Source of the DNA: Candidatus Kaiserbacteria bacterium
GTDB lineage: Bacteria > Patescibacteriota > Minisyncoccia > Phycocordibacterales > Phycocordibacteraceae
Length of the DNA: 64,000 nucleotides
NCBI GenBank assembly: GCA_016182485.1
Contig: JACPGH010000003.1
Span: forward strand, 70,331 to 134,330
Direction: 5' to 3'
Part shown: positions 37,538 through 46,899 of the stretch, in pieces
Numbering within the stretch: position 1 is the stretch's first letter
Layout: each line of letters starts with the position of its first letter
Notes under the pieces: model-generated
Told to the model about the DNA's origin: nothing
Database searches by the model: none
The model's input: the letters and a program-made list of their open reading frames with translations, nothing else
Translations under genes and position numbers: made by a program

Positions 37538-38107
37538 ATGAAAGACGGCCGGGCAAAGGTGCTGGAATTCTATCGGCAGAGGCGGCGCATGCCCTCCTAC
37601 CGCGAGATCATGCGGCTTATGGGCTACCGCTCGCTCGCGTCGGCGCAGTGGCTCGTGAAGAGTCTCGCAGAAGCCGGGGTGGTGGCCAAAGATAGGGCGG
37701 GCAAGCTTATCCCGAAGCATCCGTTCGGAGAAACGAAACTGCTCGGCGTTGTGGAAGCGGGGTTCCCCTCCGCGGCTGAAGAAGAATTGCTCGACACCAT
37801 CAGCTTCGACGAATATCTCACGCCGAATAAGGAAGCGAGCTACATCTTGAAAGTGAAGGGCGACTCGATGCAGGAGGCCGGCATTTGCGAAGGCGACATG
37901 GTGATCGTCGAGCGGCGTCAGACCTTCAAGCCGGGGCAGATCGTCGTCGCGTCGATTGACGACGAGTACACGATGAAATATCTGCGCAAGAATCAGCGCG
38001 GCTATTATCTCGAACCGGCGAACGCGAAGTACCAGCCGATCTATCCCAAAGACGGCGAGACGCTCGCTGTGGAAGCGGTGGTCACGGCCGTGGTGCGCAA
38101 ATATTAG
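37538..38107 (+). CDS. lexA: LexA-family repressor (S24 autoprotease)
   Basis: PSYREI winged HTH; VEAGFP Ala-Gly cleavage site; GDSM Ser; TMK Lys. Confidence 0.85.
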   Translation: MKDGRAKVLEFYRQRRRMPSYREIMRLMGYRSLASAQWLVKSLAEAGVVAKDRAGKLIPKHPFGETKLLGVVEAGFPSAAEEELLDTISFDEYLTPNKEASYILKVKGDSMQEAGICEGDMVIVERRQTFKPGQIVVASIDDEYTMKYLRKNQRGYYLEPANAKYQPIYPKDGETLAVEAVVTAVVRKY

Positions 38108-38109
38108 AC

Positions 38110-39417
38110 ATGGCGTGGGGCAGTGTACAGGCGTATCCCCGGGCGATCCTCCACATAGACGGAGACGCTTTCTTTGCCGCTTGCGAGGTCGCCAAGGACC
38201 CAGCGCTGCGCGGCCGGCCGGTCATCACCGGCAAGGAGCGCGGGATAGTCTCCGCCGCGACCTACGAGGCGAAGGCTCGCGGCGTCACGCGCGGCATGAC
38301 TCTCTCGGAGGTAAAGAAAGTTTGCCCGGACGCTGTCATCCTGCCCTCCGACTACGAGACGTACAGCCTATTCTCCAATCGGATGTACGCAATCGTGCGG
38401 CGCTACACGCCCGCGGTAGAGGAGTACAGCATTGACGAGTGCTTCGCTGACCTCACCGGCTTGCGCCGCTCTTTGCGCTTGTCCTACCCGCAGATGGCCG
38501 AACGGATAAAGCTCGAATTGGATAGCGAGCTCGGCATGACCTTCTCTCTCGGCCTCTCGGCGACCAAGACGCTAGCCAAGATCGGCTCGAAATGGAAGAA
38601 GCCTTCGGGCCTGACGCTTATCCCGCTCTCCGCCGCTGAGAGCTATCTCAAGCAGTTGTCGGTCGAGAAAGTCTGGGGCATCGGCCCGAACACCACGGCT
38701 TTTCTCAATAAGCACGGCGTGAGAACGGCCGCCGATTTCGCCAAGCGGGACGAAACGTGGGTACGGGGGCAGCTCTCGAAGCCGTTTTATGAGACGTGGC
38801 GGGAACTGCGCGGGGAAGTCGTCTTCGAGCTCGACGCGATCGGCCGGGAGAGCTACCAATCGATCAGTAAGACGAAGACCTTCACGCCGCCCTCGACCGA
38901 CCCGGCCTTTGTGCTCTCGCAACTATCGAAGAACATCGAGAACGCGTGCATCAAGGCGCGCCGCTGGAATCTAGTTACCTCCCAAGTGGCGTTTTTCTTA
39001 AAAACGCAGGATCTCAAATATTATGGCTATGAGCTTGCGCTCTCGCACCCGACGAACGTGCCGCAGGATGTGCTCAAGGTTGTCTCCGAATATTTCAGAA
39101 AAGTTTTTAAAAAGAATACGCAGTATCGGGCGACGGGCATCACGCTCTTGAAGCTCGCTGAGAATCAGTCGCCGCAACTCGATCTCTTCGGGGCGGTAGA
39201 GGCGACGGGCAAGATCCAGAGAGTCCTCGAGAGCGTGGACGCGATATCCGAGCGATACGGGAAGCACGCGGTCTTTCTCGGTTCCTCCTTTCAAGCAATG
39301 ACGCACACGGCTCATCTCGGCGACCGCGGCGACACGGCCAAGCGCGTCACCGATCTCTTCAAGGGCGAGACCCGCCGCCAGCGCCTCGCCATCCCCATGC
39401 TCGGCGAGGTAAAATAA
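38110..39417 (+). CDS. Y-family DNA polymerase (DinB/UmuC-like)
   Basis: HIDGDAFFAAC, ATYEAKARG, YSIDECF, VWGIG and a C-terminal QLDLF clamp-binding motif. Confidence 0.92.
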   Translation: MAWGSVQAYPRAILHIDGDAFFAACEVAKDPALRGRPVITGKERGIVSAATYEAKARGVTRGMTLSEVKKVCPDAVILPSDYETYSLFSNRMYAIVRRYTPAVEEYSIDECFADLTGLRRSLRLSYPQMAERIKLELDSELGMTFSLGLSATKTLAKIGSKWKKPSGLTLIPLSAAESYLKQLSVEKVWGIGPNTTAFLNKHGVRTAADFAKRDETWVRGQLSKPFYETWRELRGEVVFELDAIGRESYQSISKTKTFTPPSTDPAFVLSQLSKNIENACIKARRWNLVTSQVAFFLKTQDLKYYGYELALSHPTNVPQDVLKVVSEYFRKVFKKNTQYRATGITLLKLAENQSPQLDLFGAVEATGKIQRVLESVDAISERYGKHAVFLGSSFQAMTHTAHLGDRGDTAKRVTDLFKGETRRQRLAIPMLGEVK

Positions 39418-39422
39418 GTGGG

Positions 39423-40151
39423 ATGGATTCACTGACTTCATTCGACCGATTTGCCGAAGAATACGATAATGAAATGGGCGATTCGGGAGATTATTCCCAT
39501 AAGAACACTATTGATGGATGCCTTTTGGATTTAGTAGGCGATGTAAACGGCTTGGTGATTTATGATTTGGCTTGCGGCAACGGCTACATGGCCCGCCGTT
39601 TCGTAAAAGAAGGAGCTAAAGAAGTTTGGGCGTCCGATATTTCCGAAAGGCTCATTGATTTCGCTAAAAATAAATACAACGCAAGCGGAATAAAATATTT
39701 CGTTCGGAGCGCGGATGACTTTACCGATATTCCAGAAAATCATTTCGACCTGATTACCATGCATATGGCGCTGTTCTATATTGAGGACCTGGGCAAGCTC
39801 TTTCAGAATATTCACACGAGTCTCAAAACAGATGGCAGATTCGTTTTCACCTATGATCATCCCCTGCGCCTATTGGCCTATAAAGTGATGGGAATTGACG
39901 TGGATCTAGAGACAGAATATGAGGAATACTTGAACGAAGGCTTGAAAAAGAACTTCAACAATTGGACGAAGAAACAAGACGATTTATGGATCTATCGCCG
40001 TCCGCTCGGGAGCATAATAAACGCTCTCGGCCGAAATAAGTTGCTGGTAAAAGCGATGACTGAACCTAAAACAAAGACAATGTACATGGATAAACAGTTT
40101 GAAAGCGCCATTCCTTTCAAAATGGGATTTGAAGCGGTAAAAGTAACGTGA
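39423..40151 (+). CDS. Class I SAM-dependent methyltransferase
   Basis: YDLACGNG, DIS, FDLI and GRFVFTYDHP. Confidence 0.85.
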   Translation: MDSLTSFDRFAEEYDNEMGDSGDYSHKNTIDGCLLDLVGDVNGLVIYDLACGNGYMARRFVKEGAKEVWASDISERLIDFAKNKYNASGIKYFVRSADDFTDIPENHFDLITMHMALFYIEDLGKLFQNIHTSLKTDGRFVFTYDHPLRLLAYKVMGIDVDLETEYEEYLNEGLKKNFNNWTKKQDDLWIYRRPLGSIINALGRNKLLVKAMTEPKTKTMYMDKQFESAIPFKMGFEAVKVT

Positions 40152-40156
40152 TTTCC

Positions 40157-40675
40157 ATGAATGTACTTAAGACAATCAGGGATACGGATGTTGGAAGTAC
40201 AGCGCCGGCACCGGAAAAGTATGTCGAACGGAGGGCCGCGCGAGCGGTCGTGCTCGATCCAGAAGGGAAGGTAGCGCTCCTGCATGCGACGAATAAGTCC
40301 TATCACAAACTGCCGGGCGGAGGCATTGAAGAAGGTGAAGATATAGAGACAGCCCTAGGGCGCGAGCTTCTTGAAGAAATAGGGTGCTCGGTCAAAAATG
40401 TCCGAGAACTGGGGGCTATAGAAGAATATCGAAACGAGTATGAAATGCACCAAATTTCATACTGCTATATTGCGGATCTGGCCGGAGAAAAGGGCGAGCC
40501 GAATCTGATGGAAGATGAACTGGCGGACGGCTTTCAGCCCGAATGGTTACGTCTTTCGGACGCCATCCAAGCGCTTGAAAACGAGTCGCATATAGAGCAT
40601 TACGAAGGGAAATTTATTCGACTGCGCGACGCGACGTTTCTTAAAGAAACGGCAAAATTTTTTGAAACGCAATGA
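40157..40675 (+). CDS. NUDIX hydrolase
   Basis: KLPGGGIEEGEDIETALGRELLEEIG. Confidence 0.88.
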   Translation: MNVLKTIRDTDVGSTAPAPEKYVERRAARAVVLDPEGKVALLHATNKSYHKLPGGGIEEGEDIETALGRELLEEIGCSVKNVRELGAIEEYRNEYEMHQISYCYIADLAGEKGEPNLMEDELADGFQPEWLRLSDAIQALENESHIEHYEGKFIRLRDATFLKETAKFFETQ

Positions 40676-40791
40676 CCGGCGCACGTAAAGGAACCACGGA
40701 GAGGCTTAAGCGTATCGCGACAGAAGTACGGAAAGATTTTGAAAATAGAGTAATTGATAAAATTCAACTGCAGGAACTCTATAGCAATTAT

Positions 40792-40823
40792 CATCCCGAG
40801 CGAAGGAGGGAATGGTAGAATAA
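40792..40823 (+). repeat. Dispersed composite repeat, internally deleted copy D
   Basis: CATCCCG joined directly to AGCGAAGGAGGGAATGGTAGAATA. Confidence 0.65.
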
Positions 40824-40986
40824 GTCTATTGAAGCTAGATCGTGCGCGCGACTTTTTGATGGTACTGTTGTGGGAATGGAAATCTCAATGCGAGAATTGA
40901 GGACTACGCGGTACACTGAAATAGTTCTCTACAGCGGCGAGATGCACGAAGAATCCCACGAATCGACTTCATAGTGCAGAGATAGT

Positions 40987-41727
40987 ATGAGCGACACACA
41001 ACAACAGGCGTATAGGGATGATTTTGAAAAATTTCTTTCTCACACAAACGAGAAGGAAATATTATTTGGCGAAATTATTAAAGAGGCAGAGAAAAGGAAC
41101 GCTCAATCGCTGCTGGATATTGGTGCTGGGAACGGCCTTCTCAGTATCCCGCTCGCAACCCATATGGCCCGCTATCTCGCCGTTGAACAAAAAGACAGTT
41201 TTGTAGATAAATTGCGAGCGGCCGGCCTCGACACTTTGCATGATTCATTCCCGACTCACATAGAAGAACGATTCGATATTGTGCTCTTTTCGCATTCCCT
41301 CTCGTATGGCAGGAAGACTCGGATGGATTTCGAGCCATTCATACGTGCCGCATGGGATTTAGTCGCTCCGAGCGGAGAACTGCTCATTGTTACATATAAA
41401 GGACAAGAGGATGACTGGACTCATTTGATGGAGCGCGTGGGCGAAAATCCCATTGACTCAAATCGAGTCGGTTACAATACGTTAATTATGCTTCTGAATA
41501 CTCTGGGAGAGGTTAAAGTTCATAAGGTTAAGAGTATCGTAAAGACGGGCACTCTTGAAGAAATGTTATACGCGCTTTCCTTTGTTGCGAGCGACGGGGA
41601 GCCTGTAAAGAAAGAAAAGTTCTTGGAGAAACGAGTCAGAGTGGAGAAAATATTGAATTCAGAGTACCAGGTCGCAGGCGGCATTGAGTTTCCGTTCTGG
41701 CATTATTTGATTTCCACATATAAGTAA
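40987..41727 (+). CDS. Class I SAM-dependent methyltransferase
   Basis: LLDIGAGNG and FDIVLFSHSL. Confidence 0.8.
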   Translation: MSDTQQQAYRDDFEKFLSHTNEKEILFGEIIKEAEKRNAQSLLDIGAGNGLLSIPLATHMARYLAVEQKDSFVDKLRAAGLDTLHDSFPTHIEERFDIVLFSHSLSYGRKTRMDFEPFIRAAWDLVAPSGELLIVTYKGQEDDWTHLMERVGENPIDSNRVGYNTLIMLLNTLGEVKVHKVKSIVKTGTLEEMLYALSFVASDGEPVKKEKFLEKRVRVEKILNSEYQVAGGIEFPFWHYLISTYK

Positions 41728-41752
41728 AAAACGTTCGGCAAAGCTATAGGAC

Positions 41753-41852
41753 TTATCTTCTCTAATTCGCGCGCTGCGCCCGTCCGTAGCTTTATGCGAA
41801 GGAGGGCGGTGCCCTTCCGTAGCGTTAAGCGGTGGAGGGAATGGTGGAATAT
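41753..41852 (+). repeat. Dispersed composite repeat, copy E (two internal hairpins)
   Basis: TATCTTCTCTAATTCGCGCG + two CCC.TCCGTAGC....GCG..GGAGGG units + AATGGTGGAATA. Confidence 0.8.
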
Positions 41853-41896
41853 GCTCTTGTAAACAGGAGTGCTAATTCGGGTGATATTCTATTTGG

Positions 41897-42622
41897 ATGA
41901 AAGTAATCCTCTTCGATACGGAAACGACAGGGAACGGGGATGCGGACCGGCTGTGCCAACTCGCGGTTAAGGAGCGGTATGTGGACGAGCCGCTCGTAAA
42001 CGCTCTCTACAAACCGCCAGTGCCGATCTCGATCGAATCGATGGCGATACATCACATCACCGAGCGGATGGTGGTGGGGAAGCCGGCGTTCAAAGAATCG
42101 CCCGAATATGCCGGTTTGAAGGATCTTTTCGAGAGCGGGGAGACGATCGCAGTCGCGCACAATGCCGCCTTCGATGTCGCGATGCTCGCGCGCGAGGGCA
42201 TCGTCCCGAAGCAGGTCATCTGCACGCACAAGCTCGCGTATGAACTCGACCCGAACGATACGGTGCCTAATTATCGGCTCCAATATCTGCGCTACCTGCT
42301 CGATCTCGATGTCGAGGCCGAGGCGCACGACGCATGGGGAGACGTGCTCGTGCTCGAAGCGCTCTTCGAGCGGCTCGCGAAGAAGATGGTCGCGCGGCAC
42401 GGAACCGAGGAGGCCGCGCTTGCCGCGATGCTCGCGATATCGACGCGCCCGCTCCTTTTCTCGACTATCCGCTTCGGCAAATACAAAGGCACGCGGCTCG
42501 AAGAAGTGGCGCGCCTCGACAGGAAATATCTGGAATGGCTCCTCGCGCAGAAGGAGCAGGATCCATCCGGCGAAACGGACTGGATTTATTCACTGAAGCA
42601 TTATTTGGGCGCTGCGCGATGA
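41897..42622 (+). CDS. DEDDh 3'-5' exonuclease (ExoX-like)
   Basis: FDTETTG, AHNAAFD, AHDAWGD and C-terminal FGKYKG..YLEWL. Confidence 0.88.
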   Translation: MKVILFDTETTGNGDADRLCQLAVKERYVDEPLVNALYKPPVPISIESMAIHHITERMVVGKPAFKESPEYAGLKDLFESGETIAVAHNAAFDVAMLAREGIVPKQVICTHKLAYELDPNDTVPNYRLQYLRYLLDLDVEAEAHDAWGDVLVLEALFERLAKKMVARHGTEEAALAAMLAISTRPLLFSTIRFGKYKGTRLEEVARLDRKYLEWLLAQKEQDPSGETDWIYSLKHYLGAAR

Positions 42623-42631
42623 TATCTTGGT

Positions 42632-43171
42632 ATGAAATCTGAAATAGAAGTGAAGGCGCGGGTGAGAGACGCGGAGGCAGTGGTCGCGAAGCTCGCGGAC
42701 CTTGGCTGTGCGCTGTCTGAACCTATTACTCAAGATGATTTTGTTTATAACAAGATCGGCGTCGACCCAAAGGACCATAGCCACGGCACGCCCGTGCTGC
42801 GCATCAGGGTACAGGGCGAACGGACGATCTTCACGCTGAAAAAGAACCGCAGCAATGAGCTCGACTGCATCGAGAAAGAGATCGATGTGAGCGACAAAGA
42901 TATCCTCGCAGATATTTTCGAGCTGCTCGGATACGAGAAAACGATCGAGGTTCACAAGATGCGGCGAAAAGGTGCCATCAATGGCTATGAAGTCTGTCTT
43001 GATGAGGTGCGAGATCTTGGGACGTTTATTGAAGTAGAAAAGATGTCTGACGAAGACGGTGCCGTTGTCCAAAAGGAACTTTTCGACTTTTTGGCGCAGT
43101 TCGGGATCCGCGAAGAAGACAGGGTTCTCATAGGGTACGATACCCAACTTTGGCTCAAACATAATCAATAG
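42632..43171 (+). CDS. CYTH / class IV adenylate cyclase-like protein
   Basis: EIEVK, LRIR, KMR and CLDEV..LGTFIEVE. Confidence 0.88.
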   Translation: MKSEIEVKARVRDAEAVVAKLADLGCALSEPITQDDFVYNKIGVDPKDHSHGTPVLRIRVQGERTIFTLKKNRSNELDCIEKEIDVSDKDILADIFELLGYEKTIEVHKMRRKGAINGYEVCLDEVRDLGTFIEVEKMSDEDGAVVQKELFDFLAQFGIREEDRVLIGYDTQLWLKHNQ

Positions 43172-43359
43172 ATTTCACAACTAGTCCTCTTTGCCGAGGC
43201 GGGGTAAGATAGTCAGATGAAAGAAAGAAACAAAGCGATTCCTGCGGCGTTTTGCACAGGGCAAATTTCAATCATTCGGTCGACCGGCCGATGATTTTCA
43301 CATGTGGCCAGTGAGACCGCCATAATCGGGGTGATACCCACGTATTGTAGAATAGGCGG

Positions 43360-43983
43360 ATGTCCATACGCCGCATTATTATACTGTTTGTAGGTTTAGC
43401 GGCGCTCGCACTCGGTTACTATTTCTTCTTTCAACAGGAAGAGGCGGCGATTACTAATTATCCCTCGGCAGGCGCTGACATCATCGCCTTCGGCGACAGT
43501 CTCGTATCAGGCAGCGGGGCCACGCCGGGAAAGGATTTCGTCTCTCTGCTCTCCGCACGAGTGGGCGAGTCCATCGTCAACCTCGGCGTACCAGGCGACA
43601 CGACCGCCGACGGTCTGGCCCGCATAGAAGCGCTCGACCGCTACAAGCCCAAGGTGGTCCTGCTTCTCTTAGGCGGGAACGATTATTTGCGGCGGGTGCC
43701 GCGGGAGACTATTTTTGCCAATCTTGGGAAAATTATCGAGGAGATACACGCGCGCGGAGCGGTCGTGATCCTGCTCGGAGTCAAAGGAAGCCTATTTGGC
43801 GATGCCTTTGAACAGCAATTTGAAACCTTGCGCGATCGGTACGGCACCGCTTATGTCCCCAATGTTCTCGACGGAGTTTTCGCCGACTCGCGATACATGG
43901 CCGATGCCATCCACCCGAATGATGCAGGCAATCAGATCATCGCGAACCGTATCTATCCCATTCTCGCCACGCTCTTGTACTGA
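43360..43983 (+). CDS. GDSL/SGNH esterase (TesA-like)
   Basis: FGDSL, GDTT, LGGND and DAIHPN. Confidence 0.9.
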   Translation: MSIRRIIILFVGLAALALGYYFFFQQEEAAITNYPSAGADIIAFGDSLVSGSGATPGKDFVSLLSARVGESIVNLGVPGDTTADGLARIEALDRYKPKVVLLLLGGNDYLRRVPRETIFANLGKIIEEIHARGAVVILLGVKGSLFGDAFEQQFETLRDRYGTAYVPNVLDGVFADSRYMADAIHPNDAGNQIIANRIYPILATLLY

Positions 43984-44099
43984 TTACCGCCGGAAGTCGG
44001 AGACGGCCCAAAAAATGTAACTCATGAGAGTATCTCTGACGCAGTTCTTCATCGGTATTTCACCGCACATCGTCTTTACTGTCATGACTTTACACAGCC

Positions 44100-44897
44100 A
44101 TGAACAGAATTGGCATCGTGTGGCTTGCAGGCATTGCGATCGTAGTCATAGCGATAGCGCTCTTGGTGGGGCGCGGCTCGTTCGCAATCGATAATACCCG
44201 CGGAAGCGATCCGGCCGGCACGGTCGCGTATTACGGCAACGCGAAGGGGTATTTGGCTTTGCCCGCTACAGGAGCGGACAATGCGAAACGTCCCGCCGTC
44301 ATCCTCATTCACGAGTGGTGGGGTTTGAATGAAGATATGAAAATGCTCGCGGACCGTTTCGCCGCGCAGGGTTATGTCGCGCTCGCGGCGGACCTCTACG
44401 GCGAGGGCAAGGTGGCGGCGACGACTACCGAGGCGCAGGCGTTCGCGGGCGCGGTCCGCGACAACACTGACGAGGCTTTCAAGAACCTTGAGGCGGCGGT
44501 CGCATACCTCACGGCGAGGCTGGACGTGGACGGCGAGAGGCTCGCGTCGGTAGGATGGTGCTTCGGCGGCGGGTGGGCCTACCAAATGGCGGTCAACGAC
44601 CTTGGCACGAAGGCCTCCGTCATGTATTACGGCCAATTCGATCCCGAGGACGATTTCGAAAACATGCGCGCGCATATTCTCGGGCATTTCGGCGAGGACG
44701 ACGCCTCCATAAAGGTAGACACGGTGCGAGAATTCCGGGCGGCTCTCGCAAGAGCGAGCGGCGAGCACGAGGTATACATTTATCCGGACGCAGGCCACGG
44801 CTTCGCGAACGAGCGCGGCGGAAACAATCCGGCCTACAAAAAAGAAGCCTCAGATCTCTTGGCAAAGAACGAGCGCGTTTTTATCGGAAGTGTTTGA
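44100..44897 (+). CDS. Dienelactone hydrolase family protein (C-terminal frameshift)
   Basis: IHEWWGLN, GWCFGG and AGHGFAN; the expected SWQRTSAFL tail lies in another frame. Confidence 0.88.
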   Translation: MNRIGIVWLAGIAIVVIAIALLVGRGSFAIDNTRGSDPAGTVAYYGNAKGYLALPATGADNAKRPAVILIHEWWGLNEDMKMLADRFAAQGYVALAADLYGEGKVAATTTEAQAFAGAVRDNTDEAFKNLEAAVAYLTARLDVDGERLASVGWCFGGGWAYQMAVNDLGTKASVMYYGQFDPEDDFENMRAHILGHFGEDDASIKVDTVREFRAALARASGEHEVYIYPDAGHGFANERGGNNPAYKKEASDLLAKNERVFIGSV

Positions 44898-44919
44898 AAA
44901 GTAAGCGCTGTCCCGTCAG

Positions 44920-45339
44920 CTAAACCATAGCGACGACGGACATCGGCTCCATTTTCATTCCCAGCTCTTCAAGCTCGGCATTGTCCAGAAAATTTTCGGC
45001 TTGGGGTAGGATCTCGTTCTCTTCCATGAGCGCATGTGCTCCGACCGTATCCATTATCGCCATGATCCGCTCCGTACGGTCGCCGGGGAGGGCGCGCGCG
45101 GCAAGTACTTGAGCCTCAAGCTTCTTCTGCTCGGCGAGCAAACCGAGGTCGTCCTTGGCGCCCATCTTCTTACGCAGCGCCTTGTAAAAATGCTTGTCCT
45201 CCATGCGCTCGTGCCTGGCCAGCGCATCGAAGATCAGCTTTTCCATAGCCTCTCGCTTTTCCATCGGCGCCTCCTGGAATTCTTCGAACAACTCCTCTAC
45301 CGCTCTATGATCTCGCTTAATTACATCGGTGGCTTTCAT
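44920..45339 (-). CDS. Hemerythrin/HHE domain protein
   Basis: DHRAV..LF, HERMED..FY and HALMEENEILP. Confidence 0.75.
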   Translation of the reverse strand: MKATDVIKRDHRAVEELFEEFQEAPMEKREAMEKLIFDALARHERMEDKHFYKALRKKMGAKDDLGLLAEQKKLEAQVLAARALPGDRTERIMAIMDTVGAHALMEENEILPQAENFLDNAELEELGMKMEPMSVVAMV

Positions 45340-45404
45340 ATGGCGCTATTCTAAGCCGACCCTGTAAATCTGCGGTTAAGGAAAGACGAGTATACTTAAT
45401 ACAT

Positions 45405-46181
45405 ATGAAACCTATGACAACGGTCATTAGCGTGCTGATCTTGCTAATCCTCATTGCGGGCGGGTGGTATTTCTGGGCAGGGCGGGGAAATCCGGGACCA
45501 GTGTCTCCGGGAGCGGATGGCGGGCAAAGCGGCGATCTCATCACGCTTGCCTTGGGTCAGAGAGGCTCGTTAAACGGCGTAACGATAACGCCGCGCGAGG
45601 TCGTCGAGGACAGCCGGTGTCCGCGCGATGTGCAGTGCATTCAGGCGGGCCGCGTGCGAGTGCGCGCGACGCTTGTGAGCGGCCTCGGAACGGCCAATCA
45701 GATATTCCTGGTCGGCGAACCGATCACGACCGAAGCTGAAGCAGTCACGCTTACGCAAGTGGAGCCCGACAAAATTTCGACTCGGACCATTAATGCAAGC
45801 GAGTACCGATTCACCTTCAAAGTCGTCAAACAGAGCGTTACATATAAGAATGCTTCGCGCGATCAAATCGAAGTGGGCACGCCATTCCCGGGCGCCGTGG
45901 TCGGCAAGACGTTCAAGGTTATGGGACAGGCGCGCGGCAATTGGTATTTCGAAGCCTCGTTCCCGGTGATCGTGCTCGACAAAGACGGCAATAGGCTCGC
46001 GGCCGTCCCCGCGCAGGCGCAGGGAGAATGGATGACTACGGAATTCGTTCCGTATATCGCCGATGTTTCGATCCAGGGAGATTACATCGGCCCTGCGACG
46101 CTCGTCTTGCAGAAGGACAACGCCTCGGGGCTCCCTGAGCACGACGCGTCCGCCTCGTATCCGATAACGATCGAGTACTAG
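45405..46181 (+). CDS. Membrane-anchored protein with Gmad2-type Ig-like domain
   Basis: N-terminal TM helix; DSRCPRDVQCIQAG; G.ARGNWYFEASFP..WMT..FVP..DNASGLP. Confidence 0.75.
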   Translation: MKPMTTVISVLILLILIAGGWYFWAGRGNPGPVSPGADGGQSGDLITLALGQRGSLNGVTITPREVVEDSRCPRDVQCIQAGRVRVRATLVSGLGTANQIFLVGEPITTEAEAVTLTQVEPDKISTRTINASEYRFTFKVVKQSVTYKNASRDQIEVGTPFPGAVVGKTFKVMGQARGNWYFEASFPVIVLDKDGNRLAAVPAQAQGEWMTTEFVPYIADVSIQGDYIGPATLVLQKDNASGLPEHDASASYPITIEY

Positions 46182-46244
46182 TCTTCACATATTTGTCTGC
46201 GTCTCCCGCGTACAATGTCCGCATTATTTCTAATCATGCGGACT

Positions 46245-46586
46245 ATGGAAAAATTCTTGGTGTTGTACAAAGCGAGAGCAGCCGAAATGGAGAAAATGAT
46301 GAGAGACACGACCCCTGAAGAGCGAGAAAAGGGGATGGGAGAATGGAATACGTGGTTCGAAACGCACAAGAAAGAAGTTGCCGAGATGGGCGCGCCGCTC
46401 GGTGAAGCTAAGCGCGTGGATCCGAGCGGGACTACAGACGGCAAGAACGAGATCGGCGGCTATTCGATCGTGCAGGCCGGATCTCTGGACGCAGCGGCAA
46501 AGCTCTTTAGCAGGGAGCATCCGCACTTCAGCATGCCGAGCGCCTGGATCGAAGTCATCCAAATCATGCCGACTCCGGAGATGTAA
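46245..46586 (+). CDS. YciI-like protein
   Basis: W.TWF, GAPL, IGGYSIVQA.S..AA and HPH. Confidence 0.7.
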   Translation: MEKFLVLYKARAAEMEKMMRDTTPEEREKGMGEWNTWFETHKKEVAEMGAPLGEAKRVDPSGTTDGKNEIGGYSIVQAGSLDAAAKLFSREHPHFSMPSAWIEVIQIMPTPEM

Positions 46587-46630
46587 ACATTTGCTCCCAA
46601 CGTCGCTCCGTCCCGCGCTATACTTTATCT

Positions 46631-46801
46631 ATGTCCAAACATGGTGGCGGGGGCGTCGTGTACGGGCTCGGGTTTATCGGGGCGGCTATCTATTACATCC
46701 AAAATGCTGCGACTTTCTGGGACGGGGTCATTGGCATCTTGAAGGCGCTCGTCTGGCCGGCATTTCTTGTCTACCACGCGCTGGCGTATTTTCAGATATA
46801 A
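46631..46801 (+). CDS. Small membrane protein (56 aa)
   Basis: MSKHGGGGVVYGLGFIGAAIYYIQ..FWDGVIGILKALVWPAFLVY; TATACT just upstream; below the ORF-track cutoff. Confidence 0.7.
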   Translation: MSKHGGGGVVYGLGFIGAAIYYIQNAATFWDGVIGILKALVWPAFLVYHALAYFQI

Positions 46802-46853
46802 AGCGCGATCTCGCGAAAAGCCGCAAAATTACTCTAATCTGAATTCAAAAAAA

Positions 46854-46888
46854 CGCGAAAACCGCCAGCAGGGCGGTTTTCGCAATTT
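46854..46888. terminator. Bidirectional terminator
   Basis: GCGAAAACCGCC-AGCAG-GGCGGTTTTCGC between convergent genes. Confidence 0.65.
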
Positions 46889-46899
46889 GTCTGCCTGTT

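Noticed and set aside
43217-43294. MKERNKAIPA.. micro-ORF after a -10 box, as a leader peptide
   Set aside because: It has no associated terminator or codon bias and looks more like a relic gene start.
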